Source of the DNA: Octopus sinensis
Lineage: Eukaryota
Direction: 5' to 3'
Assembly: GCF_006345805.1 (NCBI RefSeq)
Contig: NC_043008.1
Span: forward strand, 22,630,001 to 22,694,000
DNA length: 64,000 nt
The notes under the pieces were generated by a model. It did no database searches. It had not been told where the DNA came from and was given only the letters and a program-made list of their open reading frames with translations. Positions 1 through 14,366 of the stretch are shown here, piece after piece; position 1 is the stretch's first letter; each line of letters opens with the position of its first letter. Position numbers and translations under genes: made by a program.

Positions 1-243
1 ATATCCATATACATATTTCCATACACATCTATAAACACATACACACATACATGGGCATATCTGTACACAAAGGTGGATACACTATGACCTACAAATACAC
101 ACACACACACACATACAAACACAACATACACAGACATATTCATAATTACATATATACACTAAAAACACATCTGAAAGTACATTCTGTTACAAAGGTAAAG
201 GTTATACTTTAGATAGAAATAACTACAGGGGTATCAAACTGCT

Positions 244-1365
244 GAATCAGGCGATGAAGGTCGTGGAGAGGGTCATAGCCCAACTAATTAGGGGGAGAGT
301 CTGCTTAGATGAGATGCAGTTCAGTTTTGTGCCAAGTAGAAGTACCACTGATGCTGTATTCCTGGTGCGGCAACAACAGGAGAGATACCTAGCCAAAGAT
401 AAACCCCTATACTTGGCTTTTGTTGACATGGGGAAAGCCTTTGACAGGGACCCCAAATCCCTTATTTGGTGGGAAATGTGGAAACTGGAGATTGATGAGT
501 GGTAAATAAGAGCTGTATAGGCCCTGTACAGGGATGCCATTAGTAAGGTAAGGGTCAGCAATGAATATAGTGAAGAATTGCAGGTAGATGTAGGGGTTCA
601 CCAAGGATCAGCCCTCAGCCCCCTCTTATTCATCATAGTCCTCCAGGCAATAACAGAGGAATTCAAGACAGGATGTCCCTGGGAGCTCCTCTCTGCTGAT
701 GACCTTGCTCTCACAGCGGAATCACTACCAGAACTAAAGAAGAAAGTTCAGGTATGGAAGCAAGATTTAGAATTGAAGGCTTTAGAGTCAACGTTACAAA
801 AACCAAATTCCAAGTAAGTAGGAAGGCAAACACATCACAAACTCCTTCATGTAGATGGCCCTGCTCGATCTATAGAAAAGGTGTAAGTAGAAACTCCATA
901 AGAAGTACCCAGTGTAAGCTATGGATGCATTAGAGGTGCAGCAACATCAAAGGAGAGAAGCATAGGGGCAATAAACACCGTAGATGAACAGAAAACTGAT
1001 TCCATCACATGCCAGGGGGAGAAACTAGAAGTAGTTGATAGCTTCTGCTACCTAGATGACCAAACTGTAGTGGTGGGTGGATACTCAGAGAGCGTTGCCA
1101 CTAGAATAAGAATAGCCTGGGCAAAGTTCAGAAAGCTCCTACCTCTACTGGTAACAAAGGGCCTCTCGCTCAGAGTAGATTGTATGATGCATGTGTGTAA
1201 ACTGCCATGCTTCATGGCAGTGAAACACAGGCTGTGATTGCTGAAGACAGGCGTAGGCTCGAAAGAAATGAAGCTAGTATGATCCACTGGATGCATAATG
1301 TGAGTGTGCACACACGACAGAGTACAAGCACCCAGAGAGAAATGCTGGACATAAGAAGCATCAGA
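244..1365 (+). mobile_element. RTE-clade LINE, decayed reverse transcriptase fragment
   Basis: Translated pieces QFSFVPSRSTTDAVFLVRQ, LYLAFVDMGKAFDR, GVHQGSALSPLLF and ELLSADD (mutated YADD), then KLEVVDSFCYL; contains stops and frameshifts. Confidence 0.85.
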
Positions 1366-1884
1366 TATAAATAAATATATATATATACATATATAAAATA
1401 AGTGATATAGGTATCCACTTCATACGGTTCAATTGTTTAGTGCTCTATACAGCTTTATACAGCTCAACTGATTAGTGCTTTATATGTTTATAAATTTTTA
1501 TATGTATATGAATTTTTATATATTTATAACTTTTCATGTATATGTATGTATTTATAAATTCTTAGAAATTTTTTAGATGTCATATGGTTGAATGCATTTA
1601 TCTATGTACTTTGTATACCATGGAGAATTTCGTTAATATGGATTGAATGAATATATACATCGGCCTTTGAATTTGTTTTCTCCAGTCCTTAATTTTATAT
1701 ATATATACACACACATAAATATATATACATAAATATATATACACATAAATATATATATGTATATACATACATAAATATAAATAAATATATATATATATAT
1801 ATATGTACATAAATATAAATAAGTATATATATATATTTAGATATAAATATATATAAATATAAATAAATAAATATATATACATAA

Positions 1885-2250
1885 ATCATCATATTTACGT
1901 CGCTTTCCATGCTAGCATGGGTTGGACGGTTCAACTGGGGTCTGGGGAGCCCGAAAGCTGCACCAGTCCAGTCAGATCTGGCAGTGTTTCTACAGCTGAT
2001 GCCCTTCCTAACGCCAACCACTCCGAGAGTGTAGTGGGTGTTTATGTGCCACCGACACAGGTGCCAGACGAGGCTGACAAACGGCCACGCTCGGATGGTG
2101 TTTTTTATGTGCCACCGACACAGGTGCCAGACGAGGCTGGCAGACGGCCACGCTTGGATGGTGTTTTTTATGTGCCACCGACACAGGTGCCAGACGAGGC
2201 TGGCAGACGGCCACGCTCGGATGGTGTTTTTATGTGCCACCGACACAGGT
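1885..2250 (-). mobile_element. SINE-like family E with (GAT)n-type tail and internal 63-bp tandem repeat
   Basis: Shares ccatgctagcatgggttggacgg...gatgcccttcctaacgccaaccact with 19222 and 28110; units start at 2044, 2107, 2170 and 2232. Confidence 0.7.
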
Positions 2251-2454
2251 AAATATATATATACATAAATATAAATAAATAAATATATATATAAATATAA
2301 ATAAATATATTTTGGAGATGTATCTGCATAGCAAGTGACCTGATTTGAGATCGTATGCTGGAACGAAAACAATTGCAGCATGGAATGTGTTTATAAGTCA
2401 TTTAAGAAACACACAGAAACCATTAGATTCACTTCAACATTTACATTTAATTTA

Positions 2455-2800
2455 CCAGGTGCTCATGAACAACGGATTTTGACAGGTTGAGGCTTTCTGC
2501 CAATTCTCGGGTTGTGCAATGTGGGTTATTCTCAATTAATGACTTGATTTGGTCATCATCTGTAGTGGATGGTCTTCCAGATCGCTCTTTATCAATAAGG
2601 CTACAATCTCCAGCTCGGAACCTTGCGAACCAATTCCATACAGTTCTTTCGGATATAGAAACATCACCGTAAACTGTGCATCACATTTGTCCAGCTACTT
2701 TTAAACTTTTTGGTTCACTCATACACACTTCTACAGTTGTAGCGCACTGTCCCTGTATTGTGCTAAAAGCCTCCAGTGAATTTTAGCAACTGACATATTT
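2455..2800 (-). mobile_element. mariner transposase N-terminal (HTH) relic
   Basis: Minus strand reads VYGDVSISERTVWNWFARFRAGDCSLIDKERSGRPSTTDDDQIKSLIENNPHCTTRELAESLNLSKSVVHEHL. Confidence 0.7.
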
Positions 2801-3047
2801 TTTGACCAGAGAAATTGGATCACTGTTCTTTGTTCTTCTTTGGTGCACAATGCTAGTGGTGTGGCTATGCTTACACTGTGAAGCCAGAAAGGAAAATGGA
2901 ATGATCAGGCTCAAATTTCAATCACATGACCACAATATTACCAACTATAAAAATGCATGCGGAGAAGGCTGTGTGACAATAATAAAGATATGTAATGATA
3001 ATAAAATATGTAATAATATGTAAGATATGTAATAATAAAGATAAAGT

Positions 3048-3463
3048 AAGGCGGCAGGCTGGCAGAAACGTTAGCATGCCGGACGAAATGCTCACAAGTA
3101 TTTCGTCTGCCGCTACGTTCTGAGTTCAAATTCCCCTGAGGTCAACTTTGCTTTTCATCCTTTCGGGGTCAATTGAATAAGTACCAGTTACACACTGGGG
3201 TTGATATAATCGATTTAATCCGTTTGTCTGTCCTCGTTTGTCCTCTGTGTTTAGCCCCTTGTGGGTAATAAAAAAATAGGTATTTCATCTGCCATTACGT
3301 TCTGAGTTCAAATTCCGCCGAGGTCGACTTTGCCTTTCATCCTTTCAGGGTTGATAAATTAAGTACCAGTTACGCACTGAGTTCGATGTAATCGACTTAA
3401 TCCCTTTGTCTGTCCTTGTTTGTCCCCTCTATGTTTAGCCCCTTGTGGGCAATAAAGAAATAA
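3048..3463 (+). mobile_element. tRNA-derived SINE family B, full copy plus 5'-truncated second copy
   Basis: aaggcggc..gctggcagaaacgttagc head, B-box-like gagttcaaattcc and conserved ctttcatcctttcggggtc domain; about 10 copies in the window. Confidence 0.8.
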
Positions 3464-3759
3464 CTATAATAAAGATATGTTATGGCAAAAATGCGGATAA
3501 TTTTTGACTTCCCCTCATCCATATATGTTAAGGCATGTGACTTAGCAATTAGGACTAACTGGTTAGACATGTGACTTAATGATTAGGCTATTTGAATCAT
3601 GACTGTAAGATCATGAGGTTGATTGCCAGTGAAACATTGTGTCCTTGAGCAAGACACTTCATTTTACGCTGCCCTAGTCCACTCAGCTGGTGAAAGGGAG
3701 TTGTAGTGTTTAGTAAAGTAAGTTCAAAGTGCAACTACAGCTATCGCCTTCAATCTAGA

Positions 3760-4583
3760 ATAGCATAGGTTGGCAGGTCAGCTTATTAGATGCATAGTAA
3801 TCATACTTTGGATCAATGCTGGCAAAACCAAAGTGATGACGTCTCTGGTTGCAGCAGATGAATGGCAGCCAATCGTTCTCGAGGGCGTGAAGCTGGAGGA
3901 TGTGGAGTCCTTCGTCTACCTGGGTTCAACAGTGGTTCCAACAGGCCAGGGCACAGCCGAGGTTGAGCGTCGCATAGGTGCTGCCAGATCTACATTAGTG
4001 CGCCTCCAGCAGTGCCTATGGGACAGAAGAGAGATCTCAGTGACCAAAGGGCGAATCTACCAGGCTGTCATTTGTACTAACCTCCTCTATGGTTGTGAAA
4101 CATGGCCTATGAGGGTAGTCGATCAGCGAAGGCTGGAGGTGTTCGATAATGACTGTCTCCGCCGCATTCTTCGCTGCCGACGCATTGATCAGGTTCCTAC
4201 AGCCGGTCTTCGTCATCTCCTGACCCTCCGGCCCTTCCCTTCGGTGCTTCTACAACGGCGCTTAAGGTGGTTCAGTCATGTGGCCCGGCGTCCAGAGGGT
4301 GAGCTGATTTGCGATGCCCACCTCCACTTCCCAGCTGGCGCAAACGCACAGGCGGGCAGCTGAGGACCTGGGTAACGACGATAAAGGAGGATATCTCCGA
4401 ACTCTCAGGTCCACAGGTGGTCAGCCTGCACTGATGGAACCGCGAATGGCTCGCTATCTCCAGTGACCTCGCACAGGACCATCGAGCATGGGCTGCCATG
4501 GTTCGTGTTGCTGTTAGGACCAGAGAAGAAGCCAGCTCAACCCGCCCTGGGTGAACGCCATCACAGGTAAGCAAGTACAAGTA
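3760..4583 (+). mobile_element. RTE-clade LINE 3' end (second lineage)
   Basis: INAGKTKVM..VESFVYLGS..TKGRIYQAV..LLYGCETWP..CLRRIL..RRLRWFSHVARR; ends in a caagtacaagta tail. Confidence 0.85.
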
Positions 4584-4854
4584 ATGATATACTAAGATGA
4601 AAATAATCTAGGACAGATTGCTTCTCCTAAAAAGAAGTCTCAAAATTTCTGGAATGCAACTCAGGTGTATTTGTTTGTGTGTTATTTCTTTTTCAGATTT
4701 GAGCTTTACCAACAATATATATGTACAGTAATCCCTCGCCATATCACAGTTCACCTATCGTGGTTTATTATTTAAGCTTACATCGATTCCTTCATGGTGT
4801 TGTTTTGCGTTTATAAAATGAAAATGATCAATTTATAAAAATTATTTTAAAAAA

Positions 4855-5016
4855 TAGGAGTGGTTGTGTGGTAAGTAGCTTGCTTACGAACCACATGGTT
4901 CTGGGTTCAGTCCCACTGCGTAGCACCTTGAGCAAGTGTCTTCTACTATAGCCTCGGCTAACCAAAGCCTTGTTAGTGCATTTGGTAGATGGAAACTGAA
5001 AGAAGCCCGTCATATA

Positions 5017-5063
<47 letters not shown>

Positions 5064-5295
5064 GTGTGTGTGCGTTTGTGTGTTTGTGCGTCTGTGTTTG
5101 TTCCCCCAACGTTGCTTGACAACTGATGCCGGTGTGTTTACGTCCCTGTAACTTAGCGGTTTGGCAAAAGAGGCTGATAGAATAAGTACTAGGCTTACAA
5201 AGAATAAGTCCCAGAGTCAATTTGCTTGACTAAAGGCGGTGCTCCAGCATGGCCACAGCCAAATGACTGAAACAAGTAAAAGTGTAAAAGAGTAC
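4855..5295 (+). mobile_element. tRNA-derived SINE family A
   Basis: A-box-like tggttgtgtggtaag, B-box-like gggttcagtccc, internal (TA)/(TG) microsatellite, aaagagta tail. Confidence 0.85.
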
Positions 5296-5423
5296 TGTAC
5301 CATTTCTACTTCATGGACTTTTACCTATTGTGGGGAATTTTGGAACATAACACCCGTAATAGTCCAGGGGATTACTGTAAATATATACCAAGGTAACCCC
5401 AGAATCAACCGAATGAGCTGGCG

Positions 5424-5471
5424 TTACTGAAGATGGTTATGGCAATAGCCAAAACTGACCGGTCAGTATAA
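5424..5471 (+). ncRNA. Hammerhead ribozyme motif, type I, G12->A variant
   Basis: tta-CTGAAGA-tggttat ggca atagcc-aAAAC-tgaccggtca-GTA-taa; stems I (3 bp), II and III can be drawn by eye. Confidence 0.6.
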
Positions 5472-5984
5472 GAAATTCTCAGTTCGTGTTCGGGGCAATT
5501 GCAGCCCCTATCAGAGTATATGTTATGTGCTTTGTAACAGAATTGGAGCATTTTAGATCCTATTTCTAGCAATGTAGGTGTTATTCACACCCTTAGTCAA
5601 GTTTAGTTGACAACTATAATTTTCCTTTGCGGTATAACCTTGCAAACAGCTGTTTTTATTAATTTAATATATGTATGTACATATGTATGTATATACACAT
5701 ACACATACATTTATGTGAGAGTGTCGATTAGCACTTGTAAATATGCACCTGGACATATATTTACAAGCATATACTTTTTTTGTATGTGTATAATTGCATA
5801 TACGAATGTAGCTCCAAGTATATGTGGCTATGTATGTATTGAAATACTAGAATGTCATACATAGTGTTGGGCTACTTATAAGCATAGATGTGTATGCATG
5901 AGTGTGTTAGTCTATATACATGCTTGGATATTGAGGTTAAGTAGGTGTAAAACTGTAGTCATGTGTGAGTGTATGCTTGTGTGC

Positions 5985-6018
<34 letters not shown>

Positions 6019-6549
6019 CTTGTGTGCATTGTGTGTGTGCGTGTGTGTGGTTGTAAAAGTCTTGTTTGCTGGTCAGAAGTAGGTCATCTAAGACACTTCA
6101 ACTGATGCTATTAGGCCAAGTATATCATGTTACAGGTTGGTCCAAGGCTTGAAACCCTCCTCAGCACCCCACACTCTTCTCAATCCACTTTTGGCCAGGG
6201 TCTGTTACTACTCCACTACTCCACTGCACACCCTACCCCCACCACCACCACCACCACCCCACTTTACAAAAAAAAGGATCTTGTGTCTTTTTGTGTTACA
6301 CTCAAATTTTAGTCACTGGACTACATGGGGTACAGATGAAGGTACTGCCTTGTAAGAAATCGACTCCAGTATTTTTTTACTACTTATTTCCAGGCCTGGC
6401 ACTTTATTCTATTGGTATCTTTGGCTGAACTGCTACATTACAGGGATCTAAATAAGACAACACCAACTGTCAAACAAGAGCAGGGAAAAACGCAACACAA
6501 AAAAACACACATACATAGAAACATACATACGTATGTATGTATATGTGTA

Positions 6550-6584
<35 letters not shown>

Positions 6585-7411
6585 GTATATGTATATATAT
6601 ATATACATATCCACACACACACACAAACATAATTCACACATATATATATATAGCTACATATCTATATACATATATATATACACACACACACATATATACA
6701 TAGACACATACATATAGATACATATATACATATATATATATACACACACACACATATATACATAAACACATATATATATATATACATACACACACACATA
6801 TACATAGACGTATACATAGAGATATAGATATATATATACACATATATATATACATAGATATATACATATATAGATACACACACGCACACATAAATACTTA
6901 TATATCTATAGATATATATATATATATATATATGCACACACACACACACACACACACATATACATATTTACATATATATATATATATATATATCATCATC
7001 ATCATCATGGATAAATGAATATATATATGCATAAAAGATTTTCGTTTACTGACTTAATGTAATAGGTAAGTAGTATAAGTATTTAGTCTGGTTTACAACT
7101 AAAACTCTGGCTTGAACTGCAATTGAAATCAAGTTGGTTTTGAGGCTGACTAGCAAAGATGGCTGCAAGTGGTTCACTGTAGAGCGGTTAGTTATATATT
7201 ACATACTAGAAATAGACAAGCAAAACATATGGTATGACTTTAGAGCCTTTAATTTATACCTTAAACCTTGTGCAGAGTAGTTATAGTAAATAGCTAAGAG
7301 ACTTTGGTGGCTTATTTACAATAACTACTCCATGTTATGTTTAGATTATAAATTAAAGGCTTTTAAGTCATACCACATCTTTGGCTTGCCTATTTTCTAT
7401 TTCTAATATAC

Positions 7412-7812
7412 AGGGGTGGCTGTGTGGTAAGTAACTTGCTTACCAACCACATGGTTCCGGGTTCAGTCCCACTGCGTGCCATCTTGGGCAAGTGTCTTCT
7501 ACTATAGCCTCGGGCCGACCAAAGCCTTGTGAGTGGATTTGGTAGACGGAAACTGGAAGAAGCCTGTCGTATATATGTATATATATATATATATGTATGT
7601 GTGTGTATGTCTTTGGGTGTCTGTGTTTGTCCCCCTAGCATTGCTTGACAACCAATGCTGGTGTGTTTACGTCCCCGTCACTTAGCGGTTCGGCAAAAGA
7701 GACTGATAGAATAAATACTGGGCTTACAAAGAATAAATCCCAGGGTCGATTTGTTCTACTAAAGGCAGTGCTCCAGCATGGCCACAGTCAAATGACTGAA
7801 ACAAGTAAAAGA
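7412..7812 (+). mobile_element. tRNA-derived SINE family A
   Basis: Full-length match to the other family A copies. Confidence 0.85.
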
Positions 7813-8004
7813 AAGAAAATATATATATATATATTCAGTTAGACATTAAATAAGTCTCATTAAGGGATAGTATCATCCAATGAATTACTGGTTCAATACC
7901 TAATGTTTCTTGTGAATTATATTCATAAAACAATAGGTTTATATATAAACCATGGTTTATAATCATTCAAAAGAAAGTAAGAAAATGGAGATATAGCGTT
8001 TGAT

Positions 8005-8283
8005 AAAAAATTTATTATCTGCAAAAATCAAACATAGTCACTTACATCTGTTTCAATTAAGCCTAAAAGATTAAACAGCAATTATTGAAATCATTATACC
8101 AGGCAAAATCTCTTCATAAAAAAACCTAAGGGTATATCTTTTATCTAACCATCTGAAGAGATTTTGCCTAATATAATTATTTTAATCTATAATAATAAAT
8201 CTCTGCTTGCTATTTAATCTGGTAGGCTTAATTGAAACAACTGTAAGGGACTATGTTTGATGTTTGCAGGTAATGATTTTTTT
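8005..8283. mobile_element. Palindromic element with a degenerate hammerhead motif in each arm (PLE-like)
   Basis: Arms about 8005-8118 and 8153-8283; + strand CTGAAGA 8153-8159 ... GAAAC 8234-8238 aact GTA 8243-8245; the mirror copy on - reads ATGAAGA...GAAACagatGTA. Confidence 0.6.
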
Positions 8284-8291
8284 AACTGCTA

Positions 8292-8481
8292 TACTCTTTA
8301 CTCTTTTACTTGTTTCAGTCATTTGACTGCAGCCATGCTGGAGCACCACCTTTAATCGAATAACTCATCCCCGGTACTTATTCTTTTTGTAAGCCCAGTA
8401 CTTATTCTATCGGTCTCTTTTGCCGAACCGCTAAGTAATCGGTTGTCAAGCAATGCTAGGGGGACAAACACAGACACACAA

Positions 8482-8528
<47 letters not shown>

Positions 8529-8694
8529 TACAACAGGCATCTTTCAGTTTCCGTCTACCAAATCCACTCACAAGGCATTTGTCGGCCCGGGGCTATAGCA
8601 GAAGACACTTGCCCAAGATGCCACGCAGTGGGACTGAACCCGGAACCATGTGGTTGGTTAGCAAGCTACTTACCACACAGCCACTCCTGCGCCT
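8292..8694 (-). mobile_element. tRNA-derived SINE family A
   Basis: Reverse complement of the family A consensus. Confidence 0.85.
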
Positions 8695-8896
8695 ATATCT
8701 ACGTTTTCTTACTTTCTTTTACACATACACACACATAAGTATGTATGCATGTATATTATCCAAACTGCATAGTATTAGATATTCATCACAGCTGATCTTA
8801 CCAATCGGTTTCACATAAAGAATACAATGGAGTGTTAGGCAACAATCCAATTATATAACTTTACACTCATCAGATATGGGAAGAAATACAGTGACT

Positions 8897-8959
<63 letters not shown>

Positions 8960-9069
8960 CAACTCCATAGGGGCTCACTTATGCAGTGTAAGAAGCAACC
9001 TTTATTCAATGACAAGTCTGATTTTCTGCACACGCACACACACACACACGCACATATGCAGATATATAT

Positions 9070-9290
9070 ATTTCTTTATTGCCCACAAGGAGCTAAACAT
9101 TGAGGACACAAACAAAGGGTATAAGTCAATTACATCAACCCCAGTGAGTAACTGGTACTTATTTAATCAACCCCAAAAGAATGGAAGGCAAAGTCGACCT
9201 CAGCGGAGTTTGAACTCAGAATGTAACGGCAGATGAAATACCGCTCAGCATTTCGCCCAGCATGCTAACAATTCTGCCAGCTCACCGCCC
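9070..9290 (-). mobile_element. SINE family B
   Basis: Reverse complement of the family B consensus. Confidence 0.8.
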
Positions 9291-9469
9291 TGTATATGCA
9301 TACATATATATACACACATTTATATGCACATGCGCACACACACACATTGTGTGATGCAACTGTAGGAGTAAAGTATGTTGTCAAACTACAATAGCAATAT
9401 GAACATCAGTTACTTAATGACTAATCAATAATAAATTAATAATAAATTAATAATGAGCTTATGATATAC

Positions 9470-11500
9470 AGTGCTCAGGTGCACTGCAGCTCATCAGAAA
9501 ATGTAGTCAAAAGGGCATGAACAGCACACAGATTAATGCACGGAAAGTGAACAGTGAATGAGTTGCTTTGGGGGTAGATATCAGGTTTACTGTTGGCGAA
9601 TTTCAGGCAGCATGGAAGTTTTGAAGGATGTAATGTCACAACAGCTAATCCATGCTTCAGCAATTCTAAGCTTGAAAAAATGTTTCCAAAAATCATGGGT
9701 GCTCTGTTGTTTTCTGATTTTGTAAGCATGTTCATGAGAATTAGACATATGGAATTCAAAAAAGGGGCCCCAAGACTGTTGTTGCAAAGATGGTGGATAA
9801 TCTTGAAGGTGTCTGCCAAGTCAGCAGAAGCAAGATATACAGCGTATGGTAGATGCCTGATGGCGGGTATTCATCTGGTTGCACATTTCTAAAAAGTATC
9901 AAAGAGATTGATATGCTGAGCAACACAGGGGTTCCGAACTGATGATGCAAACTATGTACCATAGCCATATACGGCCTTAAAAAGATAGCTGGAAAGCAGT
10001 GGACAAAGGTCTTACTGAGTGATGCTAAGACACCCTCAGCCCTCTTGACAATCTTAGAGGCGTGGTTTGTCCAACTCAAATCACTGTGACAATACTGCCC
10101 AGGCCACGTTCACTAGTAGTCTTAAGACTGGTGTTGTTAAAGAAGTATGTAAAAGCTGGGTTTTTCCTCCGAGAATGCATGGTGACGCACTTGTCTACAG
10201 CTAGCTTGAATTGCCAGTTAGTAATCCATTGTTGCATTGTGTCCAGGTCTGATTGCAGGAAACACCTTGAGCATATAGGATCTGCCCTTTTTATCTCAAG
10301 GTTCAGCTCGATGTCATCTGCATATTTCAACACTAATATTCTTCAAGTAGGCATCTATGTCATTAATATACACAGCAAACAAGGAGCCGAGAACAGATCC
10401 CTGTGGTACACCACCAAATGTCTTTTTATAGGGTGAAGAATTCTGTCCTAGAACTGTGACTACCTCTTTTCAACTAAGAATGGTAAAGCTTTAACTTTGA
10501 TGCTAATACATCCAATAATTTTCACGCATGATGAATGGCTAAACATAGACTTCAATCAGTTATAAAGATCATTTTTCACATCCATCGCAGAGAATTTTGT
10601 CGTAAGTTGTTTGTGTGGCACAAAATTGAAGGCTTTAAACAGTAGTCAAGATAGACCCATGAGCCACCACCAGCAATTTGGCTAATGTCTTCAAGAAACT
10701 TGACGAGCTGGCTACAGAAACTGGAGTTAGGGGTAAATCCAAACTGTGAGGATTGAATAAGACTGAGTGAGTTCCAGAAATCCCAGAGTGTTTCTCAGAC
10801 ACAGAATTTCATCCATTTTGCGATGCAGCAACACTGACTGAATAGGAGTTGACATCTGATGTCTGATTGCCCATTCCGAATAGAGGAATGACACTGTCAA
10901 TTTTCCACTGCAATGGAGTGACACAGTTATTAATGCAGAATTGGAAGAAGAATGAATGTTGGTGCAAAAGAAAGAACCTGACATGTTTGAAAAGCAGGTA
11001 AGTAATACCATCAAGACAATGAGAGGCACAATTGCACTTATTCTTGAGTTGGCATCACTGTATTGCAGGCATAAATTTCACAGATGTTATAGAATTTAAT
11101 GTCAGAGGTGGTGAAGATGATACATTTGGATTTTCAACAGTAAAAATGCTGGCATAGCATTCAACAATAAGTGTTGCACATTCTTTGGGATTATCAGTAA
11201 TCTGACCTGTGAGGGGGATTGCAAAGAGGATCAACTATAAAGTGAGGTCTCTGCTTTGCATGTACATATTTTCAAATCACTTTGCTGTTAGGGATGGTCG
11301 CTGTGCAATGTTTATAACATGATTAGAGTTACCTAAAGGCTCCACAGTAGTGACACTAAGTCTCAGAAGTAGTAGTAAAAGAGCAGATCCAAAGCGTTGT
11401 CACCTCTTGTGGTGGAGGTGACTACTTGGGACCAGCTCAAATCCAGCACTAAATTGAGGAAATCACTTGCAATTTTCAGGCACTGAAAAGTTTCCCAATC
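9470..11500 (-). mobile_element. CR1-clade LINE, decayed RT and 3' end
   Basis: LKYADD, LQSDLDTMQQW, CVTMH and HAYKIRKQ..HFFKLRI..W motifs across frameshifted ORFs. Confidence 0.8.
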
Positions 11501-11721
11501 AGTCACAAGGTAATTGGAGTCACTAGTAATGAAAAAGAAGTGGCTAATTTTCTCAATGAAGTTCTAAATATGTCAAAAAGTTGTGTCTTGACGGTAGTTC
11601 AGGAGATGGTCAACAATTCCAAGTAGAAATGCTGACATGTTTATACAGAAAAATATCTCTTTTCGCGATTGTTTCAGATCATTGCAAGGAATTGTCAAAA
11701 AGTTTGAATAAAAGTTTGATA

Positions 11722-12115
11722 AGGCGTAGGAGTGGCTGTGTGGTAAGTAGCTTGCTTACCAACAACATGGTTCCAGGATCAGTCCCACTGCGTGGCACCA
11801 AGGTATCTTCTACTATAGCCTCGGGCCAACCAAAGCCTTGTGAGTGGATTTGGTAGATGGAAACTGAAAGAAGCCCGTCGTATATATGCATATGTATGTG
11901 TGTGTATATGTTTGTGTGTCTGTGTTTGTCCCCCCGAACATCGCTTGACAACCGATGCGGGTGTGTTTACGTCTCCGTAACTTAGCTGTTCGACAAAAGA
12001 GACCCATAGAATAAGTACAAGGCTTATAAAGAATAAGTCCCGGGGTCGATTTGCTCGATCGACTAAAGGCGGTGCTCCAGCATGGCCAGTCAAATGACTG
12101 AAACAAGTAAAAGAG
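11722..12115 (+). mobile_element. tRNA-derived SINE family A
   Basis: Full-length match to family A. Confidence 0.85.
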
Positions 12116-13149
12116 CGATTAATGCCGCCCTTGCGAAACAGGTTGCAATGAGCCATGCTAATATTCATCTCAAAGACACCATTTCTCCAATGAATACAAT
12201 GTACCGGAATTTATGATAGTGTAGAGAGAAATGAGAATGTGTGGCGGTCATGAATGTCGTCGGAAGGTTCTTAACAACTTAAAACGGCTTTGACCGGTGG
12301 CCGGCAATCCAAAGCCAGCCGAGGACTTGGTCAGCCAAGTAGCTTATCTCTACTTGACAGCGATCGCTGCACTTTTGGCGCCCGCCACTATTAATGACAT
12401 ATATCAAAAGCTAAAAATAGTTGGTTAATTAGACAGGGTAGAATAAAGAAAAGAAAAGAAAGACAAGTGGGGGGGGAGGGAGAGAAAGTAAAAGAAAGAG
12501 AAAAAAGAATGGGGGGGAAAGAAAGAGGAAAAAGAGGAAGTAAAAAGAAAGAGAAAAGGAAAAGTGGACAACAGGGGAGATAATAAGAAACACGGAAATG
12601 ACAATTTACTTATCTCCCTTGCCGGCGACCACAATTATGTCAACGAACCAACGTTGAGGGCGAATTAGCTGCTAGAAATAGCAGCCAGGTAACCCCCCAA
12701 CAAACACTATAATCTAAAACTTAGAAGAAACACACACTGATTAAAATAGTTCTATATAAAACTAAAAGAAATACTGACAGGATTGCACGACTGCAGTGTT
12801 TTTCATCGTAGTTTCTATACATTTAAGAGTTCACCCGAAGCTAAACAACTATGTCACTAGGTCTGCCGTAAATTTGCTAAATACGGCTTCCTCATACAGA
12901 AGAAAAAAAATTAATAATTTTAAATATCATTGGTATTTCTGATATTACTGGTTAAAAAAATTGCGTGTCTACGTTATTTGTTTTAATAAAAGTATTTTGA
13001 AAATTTAATATACATCTGATTTGTAGTTTACTGAGAAAGAACATTTGTGGGCGTTGGTGGTACAAAGGATCTTGTTCAGGAAAATGTTGTGTTATGTATC
13101 CTAATTCCTTTGGTTTGGTTTTAAGCATCATTGCTGATGCCAGGTTGAA

Positions 13150-13340
13150 TCACCTCGCATTCATATACATACATGCATACATACATACATACACTGATTT
13201 ACCAAATATATGACTATATGTATACATATATATACACACATATATAGATAGATACATGCACACACGTTCATGTATATATAGATACACACACACAAAGATA
13301 GATACAGACAGACGGACAGATAGATAGATAGATACATACA

Positions 13341-13372
<32 letters not shown>

Positions 13373-13392
13373 CATACATAAGATAGATAGAT

Positions 13393-13474
<82 letters not shown>

Positions 13475-13480
13475 TACCAT
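13150..13480. repeat. Compound (CATA)n/(GATA)n microsatellite
   Basis: Seen directly in the sequence. Confidence 0.9.
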
Positions 13481-13746
13481 TCACATTGTGATCAATCAAC
13501 TGTGTAAGACATCATATATATATATATATATATATATAAATCTCAGACAATCAGCTTTGTGATTTACTTTCGATACCTCGAACCGAAAAGGGAGCCGCTA
13601 TGTAGTCGTTCGGATTGCCGAAATAGCAGCTAAATCTTCCCCCCGAAACCTTTTACGCAAAAGAAAATGTGTGGGAAGAACACATTTATGATTAGATAAT
13701 CCCCGATATACAAACAGTTCGAACAGACCTGTCCTGTGTCCAGACA

Positions 13747-13940
13747 TGGGAGCGAAAGGGACTAAGAGGAAGCGATTTTACGACGAGAAGGTTTCACTTT
13801 GAAGTCGGCCTGTGTGTGTTTGATGGGGTGTGGGAGACAGACAGTATGTTGTGTAAGTGAAGTGCTTCTGTTAGTGTGTGCGAAGAGACAGACATACATA
13901 TACACATACACCGAGTACATACATACATACATACACACAC

Positions 13941-14003
<63 letters not shown>

Positions 14004-14366
14004 TAGATAATACACACACACACATACATGCAGACATACATATACACATACACCGAGTAAAAAATTACGATGAATCGGCCATACATACATACACACACAC
14101 ATACTTACACACACACACATACATAGATACATGCATACATACACACACACATACATGCATACATATACACATACACCGAGTAAAAAATCAGTTATCTCTC
14201 TCTTTCACACATTACTCTCTCTGTCTCTTCGCACACACTAACAGAAGCACTTCACTTACACAACATACTGTCTGTCTCCCACACCCCATCAAACACACAC
14301 AGGCCGATTTCAAAGAGAAACCTTCTCGTCATAAAATCGCTTCCTCTTAGTCTCTTTCGCTCTCAT
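13747..14366. mobile_element. MITE-like foldback element, ~146-bp near-identical inverted arms around a CA/CATA spacer
   Basis: 13747-13892 is the reverse complement of 14220-14366 with few mismatches. Confidence 0.7.
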
